NCBI GenBank assembly: GCA_002269645.1
Contig: NIVC01000812.1
Span: 51,327 to 115,326 of the forward strand
Source of the DNA: Macrostomum lignano
Taxonomy: Eukaryota
DNA length: 64,000 nucleotides
Direction of reading: 5' to 3'
The position numbers and the translations under genes were made by a program. The notes beneath the pieces were generated by a model. That model did no database searches. It saw only the letters and a program-made list of their open reading frames with translations, and had not been told where the DNA came from. Position 1 is the stretch's first letter; the number at the start of each line of letters is the position of its first letter. Below are positions 11,601 to 23,739 of this stretch, one piece after another.

Positions 11601-14600
11601 GCAGAAGGGCAGCACGATCAGGGAGATGATGGCCGGGACCCCGGTGAGAGCCTGCGCCACGATCCACAGGTCCTCGTGGTTCATCGTCTGCTTCAGGCCG
11701 GAGCACACGAAGGCGACCAGAATGCCGATGGTCACCGCTAGCTGGTGGCAGGCGCCGATGGCGCCACGGATGTGGATTGGGGCGATCTCGGTCAGGTAGA
11801 TGCTGGCGAGCCCGATGGTCACACCTGCGAGAGAGATGGGCGGGTGAGAGTGAGAATTGAATGCGGATTAGCGAGAAAAGAAAATTTCGGTACATGAGAG
11901 AGCGCATCAGCAATGCACTGCGCTGTGGGAGCGATGTGCTGGGGGTTATTGCAACTTGAAACACTGTGAATTTTGTGTCTGGTAGACCGTGTGAAACTTT
12001 GTGTGGGCGGGCGGAATGCGTGAACGAAAACTGCTACATCTTTCTGTCTCACGAGTTTTACTGCTTATACGTCCTCTTAATGTGAAATAAACCAGACCGA
12101 GTGAACCTAGTCTGGAATTGCAAGTGCGCAGTCTGCGCAAACGGGACACATGAAACCAGATGCGGTCTCACTGCTGGGCCGCGATTCTTACCGCAGTTGA
12201 AGCCGATGAACGCGCGGCCAATGTAGAGCAGATAGGGAATCTTGGTGGCCACGGTTGGCGCTGAGATGATGGCTCCGGCGATCATGAAGGCGTTGTTGAA
12301 CAGCAGGCCGTTGCGTCTGAAGGGGCGTTTGGAGGGTGTGGCACACTGCATGTAGTCTGGTACAGGGGGAGGGTGTGGCACACTGAATGTCGTCTGGTAC
12401 AGTGGGGAGGGTGTGGCACACTGCATGTAGTCTGGTACAGGGGGAGGGTGTGGCACGCAGCATGTAGTCTGCGGCACAGTGGGAGGCGAGGGTGTGGCAC
12501 ACCGCATGTAGTCTGGTACAGGGGGAGGGTGTGGCACACTGAATGTCGTCTGGTACAGTGGGGAGGGTGTGGCACACTGCATGTAGTCTAGTACAGTGGG
12601 GAGGGTGTGGCACACTGCATGTAGTCTGGTACAGGGGGAGGGTGTGGCACACTGCATGTAGTCTGGTACAGGGGGAGGGTGTGGCACACTGCGTGTAGTC
12701 TGGTACAGGGGGAGGCGAGGGTGTGGCACACTGCATGTAGTCTGCGGCACAGTGGGAGGCGAGGGTGTGGCACACTGCATGTAGTCTGGTACAGGGGGAG
12801 GGTGTGGCACACTGCATGTAGTCTGGTACAGGGAGAGGGTGTGGCACACTGCATGTAGTCTGGTACAGTGGGGAGGGTGTGGCACGCAGCATGTAGTCTG
12901 CGGCACAGTGGGAGGCGAGGGTGTGGCACACTGCATGTAGTCTGGTACAGGGGGAGGGTGTGGCACACTGCATGTAGTCTGGTACAGGGGGAGGGTGTGG
13001 CACACTGCATGTAGTCTGGTACAGTGGGGAGGGTGTGGCACACTGCATGTAGTCTGGTACAGGGGGAGGGTGTGGCACACTGAATGTCGTCTGGTACAGT
13101 GGGGAGGGTGTGGCACACTGCATGTAGTCTAGTACAGTGGGGAGGGTGTGGCACACTGCATGTAGTCTGGTACAGGGGGAGGGTGTGGCACGCAGCATGT
13201 AGTCTGCGGCACAGTGGGAGGCGAGGGTGTGGCACACCGCATGTAGTCTGGTACAGGGGGAGGGTGTGGCACACTGCATTTAGTCTGGTACAGGGGGAGG
13301 GTGTGGCACACTGCGTGTAGTCTGGTTACTCTGGTACAGTGGGGAGGGTGTGGCACACTGCATGTAGTCTGGTACAGGGGGAGGGTGTGGCACACTGCGT
13401 GTAGTCTGGTTACTCTGGTACAGTGGGGAGGGTGTGGCACACTGCATGTAGTCTGGTACAGTGGGGAGGGTGTGGCACACTGCATGTAGTCTGGTACAGG
13501 GGGAGGGTGTGGCACACTGCATGTAGTCTGGTACAGGGGGAGGGTGTGGCACACTGCATGTAGTCTGGTACAGTGGGGAGGGTGTGGCACACTGCATGTA
13601 GTCTGGTACAGGGGGAGGGTGTGGCACACTGCATGTAGTCTGGTACAGTGGGGAGGGTGTGGCACACTGCGTGTAGTCTGGTTACTCTGGTACAGTGGGG
13701 AGGGTGTGGCACACTGCATGTAGTCTGGTACAGTGGGGAGGGTGTGGCACACTGCATGTAGTCTGGTACAGGGGGAGGGTGTGGCACACTGCATGTAGTC
13801 TGGTACAGTGGGGAGGGTGTGGCACACCGCATGTAGTCTGGTACAGGGGGAGGGTGTGGCACACTGCATGTAGTCTGGTACAGGGAGAGGGTGTGGCACA
13901 CTGCATGTAGTCTGGTACAGGGGGAGGGTGTGGCACGCAGCATGTAGTCTGCGGCACAGTGGGAGGCGAGGGTGTGGCACACCGCATGTAGTCTGGTACA
14001 GGGGGAGGGTGTGGCACACTGCATGTAGTCTGGTACAGGGGGAGGGTGTGGCACACTGCGTGTAGTCTGGTTACTCTGGTACAGTGGGGAGGGTGTGGCA
14101 CACTGCATGTAGTCTGGTACAGTGGGGAGGGTGTGGCACACTGCATGTAGTCTGCGGCACAGTGGGAGGCGAGGGTGTGGCACACTGCATGTAGTCTGGT
14201 ACAGGGGGAGGGTGTGGCACACTGCATGTAGTCTGGTACAGGGAGAGGGTGTGGCACACTGCATGTAGTCTGCGGCACAGTGGGAGGCGAGGGTGTGGCA
14301 CACTGCATGTAGTCTGGTACAGGGGGAGGGTGTGGCACACTGCATGTAGTCTGGTACAGGGGGAGGGTGTGGCACACTGCATGTAGTCTGGTACAGTGGG
14401 GAGGGTGTGGCACACTGCATGTAGTCTGGTACAGGGGGAGGGTGTGGCACACTGCATGTAGTCTGGTACAGTGGGGAGGGTGTGGCACACTGCATGTAGT
14501 CTGGTACAGGGGGAGGGTGTGGCACACTGCATGTAGTCTGGTACAGTGGGGAGGGTGTGGCACACTGCATGTAGTCTGCGGCACAGTGGGAGGCGAGGGT

Positions 14601-17058
14601 GTGGCACACGGCTAAAACCGGAGCACAAAAAACATACGCATCTACGCAGCTGCATGGTGGGCGTATAGTTAATCTGGAAGCCTCACTCTCTTGGGTGCTC
14701 TTGCTATTTTAGTATGGCAGTTTTAATCGTCTACATCCGACGCCCCGGCCCAGAAGGACAGGGCAGGAATGTGGAAGGCAGCCCATGCCCCTTGTAAAAT
14801 GGACTTTTTATTGCGCCTGTCTGGCCTCCGCGAGCGTATTGACGCAAATGCTGGTTGGGTGTTTAGGGTCATAAAGCCTTAGAAGCCTCTAGGATTCCAT
14901 TCCATTCCAACAATGAGGCACTGAAGCATGGCTCGGAGTGCAGCAAGGTTAAAGCACGAGTGTCTATGGGCGAGCCGTCCACCATTGATGCACGAGCCAT
15001 GGAGGAACGATTGGATCTGCATTGCTACCTTCAACGTTAATCTACGGCTTTTATAAGGAATAGTTCAGCGACCTAGTTTTGACAAAGCATAAGACGGTAG
15101 CCCAGCTAAGCTACGGTTGCCCGAAGGGGACGGCTGTTCTGTTGCAGATTCGAAAAAGGCTGCAGCCTGCTCACAAAGCTCACGCCCACGAACTCCTTTT
15201 ATCTCAAGTATTGGCCTCTGCGGGGTGGCAAAACCACTTCAAGTGAGACTAGTTGGAGGCTCTGCTCTGTATTTAGTTGAGTACACATCAAGCTCAGAAT
15301 ACTTATCAAATAATTACCCATGCCTCATATTCTCAGCAATACTTCGTTTTAAGAGGCTTGGACAATTCTCTTTAAGTATGGCCTAATGCACTACTAAATT
15401 AAGAATCTATGACGCTCAGCTGCAAGCAAACACTGTGAGACCAGTTGCTAATCAACTGAAGTTTCTAACAAAGTACAGAAATGGCTGATAAAGTGAATGT
15501 TCGCAGGAAGGCTGCAGGGACCCCGGTGCAACGTCTTCGGTGACATCGTCCCGCAATCAGCGCTGACGACAATTCTGCCTATTCCGCTGACTCCTGACCA
15601 CAGACAGACACGCACTCGGACACAGCTCACACAGGGTGCACATGGGCCCTGACTGTCTAATCCTCAGGCATGTACACTCTCAGTGCCTTGCTAATTGACC
15701 ATCATGGCCGTGAATCGCAGGACAACCCTCTCGGCCTATTCTCGTGCACAAGAAGGGGCCGTGGCGCCCCCCCCCCCTATAGAATGCTTAGAAAACAGTT
15801 CGCACAGAGCTCTGGCAGCGACACCTACCTTCCAAAGAAGTTCGAAATCGCACCGGTGCTGAAGGCACCGATTGCGCCGAACACGATCCACACCGTCATG
15901 ATGAGGGAGTAGTACAGACCGAGCTTGTGCCCCGCTTCGTCCACCGCAGTTTCCGGGCGGTGCCGTTCGCATCCTTGCCGTTTTCGGCATTTTTCGAAAG
16001 ATCCTTGCAGGGGATCTGCAGCAGGTTCTCGCTCAGGAAGCACATGATGTGCTGTACATGGGTAAAGAGGGATTTATTTGTTAGTAAAGTCTTGACCTTA
16101 AAGTCTAGAGGCTTGCTGTTTGAGATTCTCACTGGGGCGGATTTCTTTGGCTGAGATTCTCACTGGGGCGCATTTGTTTGGATGAGATTCTCACTGTGGC
16201 AGATTTCTTTAGGTGAGATTCTCACTGGGGCGCATTTGTTTAGATGAGATTCTCACTGTGGCGGATTTCTTTAGGTGAGATTCTCACTGGGGCGCATTTG
16301 TTTGGATGAGATTCTCACTGTGGCGGATTTCTTTAGGTGAGATTCTCACTGGGGCGCATTTGTTTGGATGAGATTCTCACTGTGGCGGATTTCTTTAGGT
16401 GAGATTCTCACTGGGGCGGATTTCTTTAGGTGAGATTATCACTGTAGCGGATTTCTTTAGGTGAGATTCTCACTGGGGCGCATTTGTTTGGATGAGATTC
16501 TCACTGGGGTGGATTTGTTTGGATGAGATTCTCACAGGGGCGGATTTGTTTGGATGAGATTCTCACTGGGGCGGATTTATTTAGGTGAGATTCTCACTGG
16601 GGCGCATTTGTTTGGATGAGATTCTCACTGGGGTGGATTCTTTGGATGAGATTCTCACTAGGGGGAATTTCCTTGGGCGAGGTTCTCACTGGGGCGCATT
16701 TGTTTGGATGAGATTCTCACTGGGGTGGATTCTTTGGATGAGATTCTCACTAGGGGGAATTTCCTTGGGCGAGGTTCTCACTGGGGCGGATTTCTTTGGG
16801 TGAGATTCTCACTGGGGCGGATTTCTTTGGGTGAGATTCTCACTGGAGCGGAATTCTTTGGGTGAGATTCTCACTGGAGCGGGTCTCTGCATACTCTGGC
16901 CGAGTAAGAGCCAGTTAGAGAACTTCTATTTATATAAAGTAGCAAGTGCACTTTAAGCTTACATCCTTGGGCCCATTAAACACGGAGATATTGTATCCGT
17001 ACAACATCGACGAGCCAAAACAGGTGATAAAGCAGGACAGAATTAGCCACGGCGTCAC
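8602..17058 (-). CDS. SLC2A: Facilitated glucose transporter (GLUT/SLC2A, MFS sugar porter; flatworm SGTP-like), multi-exon, with two apparent 1-bp frameshifts
   Basis: Exons with AG/GT boundaries and matching phases: 17058-16963 (VTPWLILSCFITCFGSSMLYGYNISVFNGPKD), 16051-15829 (HIMCFLSENL...GAISNFFGR), 12316-12192 (RNGLLFNNAF...GRAFIGFNC), 11824-11295 (YLTEIAP, PESPRFL, QQLSGINA), 9299-8602 (FGRRTL, GFAFGLGTIP, VAEVFRQ, PETKNRSF). Possible start exon 17741-17685 (weak). Frameshifts near 15955 and 8984. Confidence 0.92.
12330..14610. repeat. G-rich 37/38-bp intronic minisatellite (about 2.3 kb) with variant units
   Basis: Unit TGGCACACTGCATGTAGTCTGGTACAGGGGGAGGGTG plus longer variants; lies in a GLUT intron and generates many spurious ORFs. 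Confidence 0.97.
15415..15690 (-). mobile_element. SINE body fragment (same family as 24767-25270)
   Basis: Reverse complement matches the SINE body at about 24910-25195. Confidence 0.8.
16120..16880. repeat. 31-bp intronic minisatellite
   Basis: Unit GAGATTCTCACTGGGGCGGATTTCTTTAGGT, about 24 copies with variants. Confidence 0.95.
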
Positions 17059-17939
17059 CTGCAATTAATAATACAAGGAATGAATAGATAGAGCTGAGCC
17101 GAAACATGGTTATGAAATTAAGGTTGCACAACTTTACCGTTCGTTTTGCCATGTTTCTTAGAATCGGTTGGGTTGATTATCTGGAGTACAGCAGTTGAGG
17201 CTTTACGAGATGCTTAAAGGCGTCCGAATTCTCTTGCTTTCTGTGTTGCTAAGAGCGGCAGCAGAGGTTCTGTGGGTGCCAGAATTTACTTTACTATATA
17301 GGGCTGGCCGTGCGTGTGTGGGGGTGTGGGGGAGGGTTTGGTCTGGGCGTGACCAATAGCAAGAGCCGGGAGTGGCTGCTGTGTGCGTGCAGAATCCTGA
17401 GCCTGATGAGGAACGACGGGTTATGAAGAAGCCTTGCAGTTTTTTTTTCTGGAAAATTCCCACATCACTCCCATGCATTTGAACGGGCTCAGCTGGGGAC
17501 ACTGCAGGGTCAGATAAAAATAGACGAGGCCGGTCCTCTGGGATGAAAATGTCTGGGATCCCGGCCTCTCCCTTCCTCGCTCCCCTCGGCCCTCTCCAAC
17601 TCTCTCTCTTCCCTTCCTAAGTCCCTCTATCGATTGTGACTGCCAAATTTGGGAAATCTCTCCCCATCCGACCCAATCGCGTACTTGTGCTGACGTCCGA
17701 GTTACTGTCGGGCCTGCGGGCCTGCCTGCATTGCCTTTCATTCAGTGCTGCCTGAATGGCCTGCAATCAAAGAGTGACATTTTGGCCGCCGTGTAAACAG
17801 GCCATTTTTAGGATTTTATCCTACATAAGAGTTTCTGCTGCACCATGTTGGCCAGCGTAATTTGTGTCTCTGACAACAAGTCCGAGACTGAAGTCAGACG
17901 GATATCAGCATCCGAAACCTGTTTTAAGGAGTTATTTAA

Positions 17940-18080
17940 TTCGTGATTCCACTGACTTCTGGGCACGCACTCATACGAACACACGCTCACTCAGGGTGTA
18001 CAGGGGCCCTGACTTTCCTATCGTCAGGCATGTACAGTCTCTGTGCCTTGGGGGTTGGCCATCATGGCTGTGACACGCGT
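17940..18080 (-). mobile_element. SINE core fragment
   Basis: Similar to the reverse complement of the SINE core (GGGCCCTGACT...GGCATGTACA...TGTGCCTTGGGG). Confidence 0.65.
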
Positions 18081-18247
18081 TTATCCCTGAACTGCTCTGC
18101 CTCCCTTTTAGAAAGAGAGAATATTCTGCCTAAACAGAATTATAGGCCCCACATTCAGGACCAATCCCGCTAGCGAACAGCATCACAAACTTCTAAAGTG
18201 CTCTGGCTCACTGCTCAAGGACCACTGAAATCATTTTTTTCATTAAA

Positions 18248-18618
18248 TGACCCATCGAGTATCCAATTCAGTTTGTGGGTCAGCTGACCCATCGAGTATC
18301 CAATTCAGTTTGTGGGTCAGCTGACCCATCGAGTATCCAATTCAGTTTGTGGGTCAGCTGACCCATCGAGTATCCAATTCAGTTTGTGGGTCAGCTGACC
18401 CATCGAGTATCCAATTCAGTTTGTGGGTCAGCTGACCCATCGAGTATCCAATTCATTTTGTGGGTCAGCTGACCCATCGAGTATCCAATTCAGTTTGTGG
18501 GTCAGCTGACCCATCGAGTATCCAATTCAGTTTGTGGGTCAGCTGACCCATCGAGTATCCAATTCAGTTTGTGGGTCAGCTGACCCATCGAGTATCCAAT
18601 TCAGTTTGTGGGTCAGCT
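18248..18618. repeat. 37-bp tandem repeat, 10 copies, with palindromic junctions
   Basis: Unit GACCCATCGAGTATCCAATTCAGTTTGTGGGTCAGCT; junctions read TGGGTCAGCTGACCCA. Confidence 0.97.
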
Positions 18619-18914
18619 TTAAGCTAACCTTGGTTTAAAAATTGAAGACTAGGTCAACAAAAATATGAAAAATGATATTGGTAAACATTGTTTACATCAA
18701 ATTATTTAGGCAGGTATAGGAATAGCTACTAGTATGAGAATTATTAGTTTTACGTCCTTTTACATTTGTGATCCTACAGTGATCCTTGTTACAGCCATGA
18801 CAAAATATCTTGAACAAAAATATATAATCTTCATGGAGTTCCAGCTCTTCCTCCTGAACCTCATTTTCAATAACACTCTCCGCACCTCCCTTGAAAATCA
18901 TGCGGATTGCGAGG

Positions 18915-19530
18915 CATCGTCATCGACATTTTTAGAGGCATAAGGCAGAACAACCGAGAGAGGCATTACTGTCCATTCCACCTGCTCCCCTGAGCAGGCA
19001 CACAAGCGCGCGGATACTTACGCATTCAGTGTGCCTTGGGGGTTGGCCCTCAAGGGCATTAGACCCGAGCCGGGATTCTAATTTAGCTCCAAATTAAAGT
19101 GACTGCACAGTCATAGTCATAGTCATCAAAATAGTCATCGATGTAGATATCGACATAGTCTTCGACATTTTATTAGAGGCAGGGGGGCTGTGTGCACTCT
19201 GGCGCACTTTAAGCGACATCGGCACACAACCGGCGAGAGGCATTACTGCCCATTCCGCCGACTCCCCTGAGCAGGCATACAAGCGCGCGGATACGTACGC
19301 AGGCACACACTCACACAGGAGTGTACAGCAGCCCAAACTTTATTTTATCGTTAGGCATGTACACTTCACTGCACCTTAGGGGGTTGGCTCTCAAGGCCGT
19401 TAATTGCACGAGCAGAGCCAAGCCGAGATTCCAATTCAGCCCCAAATTAATGTGACTGCACTTGGAATCGAGCCTGGGTCGCTGGCACACCAGAGCCTGC
19501 GCTAGACCGCTGGGCTACGGCCCCCTTAGT
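18915..19530 (-). mobile_element. tRNA-derived SINE (19530-19105) followed by a headless second copy (about 19105-18915)
   Basis: Minus strand starts GGGGCCGTAGCCCAGCGGTCTAGCGC...GGCTCGATTCCAAGTGCAGTCAC (A and B boxes), then the shared core, then an (ATGACT)n-like tail; the core repeats immediately downstream. Confidence 0.8.
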
Positions 19531-19880
19531 CTTCGACATAGTCTTCGACATAGTCTTCGACATAGTCTTCGACATAGTCTTCGACATAGTCTTCGACATA
19601 GTCTTCGACATAGTCTTCGACATAGTCTTCGACATAGTCTTCGACATAGTCTTCGACATAGTCTTCGACATAGTCTTCGACATAGTCTTCGACATAGTCT
19701 TCGACATAGTCTTCGACATAGTCTTCGACATAGTCTTCGACATATTCATCGACATAGTCATCGGCATAGTCATTGATATATTTATCGACATAGTCATCGA
19801 CATAGTCATCGACATAGTCATCGACATAGTCATCGACATAGTCATCGACATAGTCATCGACATAATCATCGACATAGTTC
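19528..19880. repeat. 12-bp tandem repeat (GTCTTCGACATA)n
   Basis: About 29 units, perfect on the left and degenerating on the right. Confidence 0.97.
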
Positions 19881-20809
19881 GAACTTTATTCGGGCATCTC
19901 TTAGCATCTCAACTTTCGAACAAGATCTCCAATTGCTCAGGGAGATACTCGTGCTCAGGCGTCACACACTACGGCAGCCGCTACCCGCGTGCCAGTGCAG
20001 AGGAACTCTGCGCTAAGCAAACTGCTGCGCATTGCGGAGTTCCAGAATTTCCCGCCAGCCGAGAAATCTGATTGCGTCGCTCACACGAAAAAAAATCAAA
20101 GAAAAAGCGACTGTTTGGTTTAAAAAATGTAATTGCGCAGGCGCAGGCAGAGCTGCTACAATTAAGCTGCCTGTAATTATCTTCTTTTTCTGTGAATTTT
20201 CTGAGATTTTCTCGTTTTGCTTCTGGTTGTGTCCAAGAACGACTTCAATAAAACAAACGGCAGCTGCTGATCCTGACGTCACAGTGTGTAAGCCGAAGGA
20301 AAAACAAGTTTTCCAGTTAAATCACGACGCTGTAAAACTTCAGAAAGCAATAGAAAGAAAGTACTTATAAAGTCTGCGACCTTTCGAAATGTAGAGAAAT
20401 TCTCTGAAATTACCGATTGAAGAGCGGCGCCCAAGTAGTCGCCCATGACTCCCAAATTGTGGTGCATTTTAGATTATTTTGTATTTTCACGACACCGGGA
20501 CCTTTTGCGATATATTTTGATCACGGAGAAATGCACCCGGTCGAGGAGGCTTTGAGGCTCAGTCAGAAAAGTTCAGAAAAAAACTTTAATTAACCGGACA
20601 CTGTAGGATAGACAGTTGGAGAATTTTAATTTGACTCTGGGAGATTCCGTTTTGATTAACTTTAACCGACTGTGAACGTCAGAGCGAAAATTCCCTAAAA
20701 GGTCATTACGCTTTGTATCGGGTATGAAAAAACTGTAAATTAAGAGTACAACATAGAAGCATACTCAGTCAGTATTCAATTCTAGACTCAGTGCTTGTGT
20801 GGCAAGAAT

Positions 20810-21715
20810 TAAACTCACTAGACTCAGTGTACCTGAGTGTAAGGTTGAGAATTAACCTCACTAGACTCAGTGTACCTGAGTGTAAGGTGAGAATTAACCT
20901 CACTAGACTCAGTGTACCTGTGTGTAAGGTGAGAATTAACCTCACTAGACTCAGTGTACCTGAGTGTAAGGTGAGAATTAACCTCACTAGACTCAGTGTA
21001 CCTGAGTGTAAGGTGAGAATTAACCTCACTAGACTCAGTGTACCTGGGTGTAAGGTGAGAATTAACCTCACTAGACTCAGTGTACCTGGGTGTAAGGTGA
21101 GAATTAACCTCACTAGACTCTGTACCTGAGTGTAAGGTGAGAATTAACCTCACTAGACTCAGTGTACCTGAGTGTAAGGTGAGAATTAACCTCACTAGAC
21201 TCAGTGTACCTGGGTGTAAGGTGAGAATTAACCTCACTAGACTCAGTGTACCTGAGTGTAAGGTGAGAATTAACCTCACTAGACTCTGTGTACCTGAGTG
21301 TAAGGTGAGAATTAACCTCACTAGACTCAGTGTACCTGAGTGTAAGGTGAGAATTAACCTCACTAGACTCAGTGTACCTGAGTGTAAGGTGAGAATTAAT
21401 CTCACTAGACTCAGTGTACCTGAGTGTAAGGTGAGAATTAACCTCACTAGACTCAGTGTACCTGAGTGTAAGGTGAGAATTAATCTCACTAGACTCTGTG
21501 TACCTGAGTGTAAGGTGAGAATTAACCTCACTAGACTCAGTGTACCTGAGTGTAAGGTGAGAATTAACCTCACTAGACTCAGTGTACCTGTGTGTAAGGT
21601 GAGAATTAACCTCACTAGACTCAGTGTACCTGAGTGTAAGGTGAGAATTAACCTCACTAGACTCAGTGTACCTGAGTGTAAGGTGAGAATTAACCTCACT
21701 AGACTCAATGTACCT
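20810..21715. repeat. 42-bp minisatellite
   Basis: Unit CTCACTAGACTCAGTGTACCTGAGTGTAAGGTGAGAATTAAC, about 21 copies. Confidence 0.97.
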
Positions 21716-22569
21716 AAGAGACACAAGAACAGAACCTAAAATGGCAGGTAGGATGTGTCTCGACTTGATTCAACTCAGGTAGAAACTCAGGTAGCCGTGG
21801 TAACTCGCTGACGTCAAGCTATGAGTGCATCCTTGATGAGAATCGACCGCTTCGATCCCGGAGCATGCTCAGTCGATTAGTGCAAGTGCAGGCTTATCTG
21901 AATATATGCGCCGGCCGAGACCGGATCGATCGAGAGCGAGAGGCGCTTCTTGCTGCCACTGCAGCTCCTCAGCCCACACTTTTGAGCTGCATTGCCCAGC
22001 CCTTCTGGGCAAGAGAATCTCCGGCGCGGCTCGGCAGTGGATTTGGAGAGCACTTTTAAGGGAGCATTTTATAAAAACTTTGCGACGAAAAACGTCATGT
22101 GCTAGAAGACTGATTGGGTTTTTATTGCTGCAGTCTAGTTTAGAATGAACAGAACCACTAGCCTGCCTACTATGAGTACTCCAGCTTAGGTATTAGAAAT
22201 TCTTCCAATGAACACAATTTTCATCGGTGGTAGGAGGCATTTTTGAGGAACACTGTGATTAGTGGCGATAATCCAAGGATTACTGCCAAGGTTAGTGGAG
22301 ATAATCCTCACGAATACTACCAAGGTTAGTGGCGATAATCCCGATGAATACTGCCAAGGTTAGTGGCTCTTTCGGGAGCTAGCTCCGGAGAAAGTAGTTA
22401 CGAGGGTAAGTAGTCTGTTTGAACGCGGCTGTTCTGCCACTGAATCAACTTCATCGAACTACAAACTGCACTCAAGGACTGCTTAGTAGAGTCGAAGGAT
22501 GGGCGACTTCGTTTATTTGAATGTCTTTAAAGACTGCAATGCTGTGCGAGAAACATACACAAAAATACG

Positions 22570-22695
22570 AACGCGCATGCAGACCCGAGTCGAGATTCCA
22601 ATTAAGCCCCAAATTAATGTGACTTCACTTGGAATCGAGTCTAGGCACACTGGCACGTAAGAGCGCCGATTTGGACCACTATGCTACGCCCCGGC
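22570..22695 (-). mobile_element. SINE 5' fragment (tRNA-like head)
   Basis: Minus strand GGGGCGTAGCATAGTGGTCC...GACTCGATTCCAAGTGAAGTCACATTAATTTGGGGC matches the head of the 19530 SINE. Confidence 0.7.
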
Positions 22696-22881
22696 TGTGT
22701 TAGAATGTTAAAAAATATTAAGATACGCACATACTTCGCACATTTAAATTCAATGAATACAAATTATAGACAAGCACTGTTATATGCTTGAAAACGAAAA
22801 CAGATTAAACTGAAGAGACTACTGTACGCTCGTAACTCCTTAGAATTGACTTATAGTAGAACTCAGTCTAGTGTAGGAAAT

Positions 22882-23640
22882 TTAGAACACGGACAGGCAC
22901 TCGCAAAGGTATTTCCGGTTGCTAGAGCATCCGTAATCATCGACGCCGATCTTGTGATTGGCGTAGACAGCCGCACAGCCCTGAATCGGCAACCCACTGC
23001 TCGGCCTCTCGGGCTCCCAGACGTCGGCCCGGATGCTCTCGTTGCAGGCGTCCCAGATCCAGCCTTCCGTCTTGGTCGCAGAGCCCGGAATCTGGTGGCC
23101 ACCCAGGTACAAACTCTCTACAGGAATGTTCGAGACGCTCTTGATCCACATCAGGTGACGGGACTCGTCGGAGTCCAGAGCGTCCGCGAACTTCGACAGT
23201 CCGGCCTCCTGTCCGCACCGGGAGAGAGCGTCAGCCCAATTAGTCACAGGTTCGGCCGACACCTTGTATGAGGATCCGAACTGAGAGTACTCGTATCCGG
23301 GTCGGCACAGGCGACCCGGAGCTACTCCAGGTAGCGATCTCACGTACACGGTTACTCGGTGAGTGCAGTTGGCCTCTGACTGCACTCGGTGGCTGCACTT
23401 GTCGAACAGGAACAGCTTGCAGAGGCAGTCGCCATCCGGCAGAGAGAAGGCCCGGCAGTTCGGCATCTTGGCGCAGTGCAGGCTGCAGGACTGCGGATCG
23501 CACGAGCCCCACACGGTGTGGGTGAAGCTGGACGTCACGCAGTCAGCGCCAGAGATCGAGTGGAAAGTCGCTTTCGGAGAGTCGCAAGTTGCACCGCAAC
23601 TAATTTTGAGACCCAGAAGCAGAAACAGCAACGGTCGCAT
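22882..23640 (-). CDS. Secreted PAN/Apple-like + C-type lectin domain protein, paralog 1 (252 aa, intronless)
   Basis: Signal peptide MRPLLFLLLGLKISCG; PAN-like CSLHCAKMPNCRAFSLPDGDCLCKLF; CTLD hallmarks CRPGY, WADALSRC, LYLGG, GWIW, WEPERP, GCAAV, DDYGC, YLCE. Confidence 0.88.
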   Translation of the reverse strand: MRPLLFLLLGLKISCGATCDSPKATFHSISGADCVTSSFTHTVWGSCDPQSCSLHCAKMPNCRAFSLPDGDCLCKLFLFDKCSHRVQSEANCTHRVTVYVRSLPGVAPGRLCRPGYEYSQFGSSYKVSAEPVTNWADALSRCGQEAGLSKFADALDSDESRHLMWIKSVSNIPVESLYLGGHQIPGSATKTEGWIWDACNESIRADVWEPERPSSGLPIQGCAAVYANHKIGVDDYGCSSNRKYLCECLSVF

Positions 23641-23739
23641 TTTGGTTGTCTACAGAGTGTGTCAAGTTTGAGAACTTAGTGTTCTACGAAGTTAGCTTAT
23701 ACCTTTTTTACAGTAAATTTAAGGTTAGATCAGAGTATC

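Noticed and set aside
12058-14655. Many long Cys/His/Pro-rich ORFs
   Set aside because: Translations of the intronic minisatellite; only 12316-12192 is a real exon.
20013-20282. KIITGSLIVAA as a GLUT TM1 exon
   Set aside because: The true TM1 exon (FGSSMLYGYN) is at 17058-16963 with proper splice sites.
20769-21739. ORFs of 200-300 aa with 14-aa periodicity
   Set aside because: Stop-free 42-bp repeat open in several frames; no signal peptide, splice support or synonymous bias.
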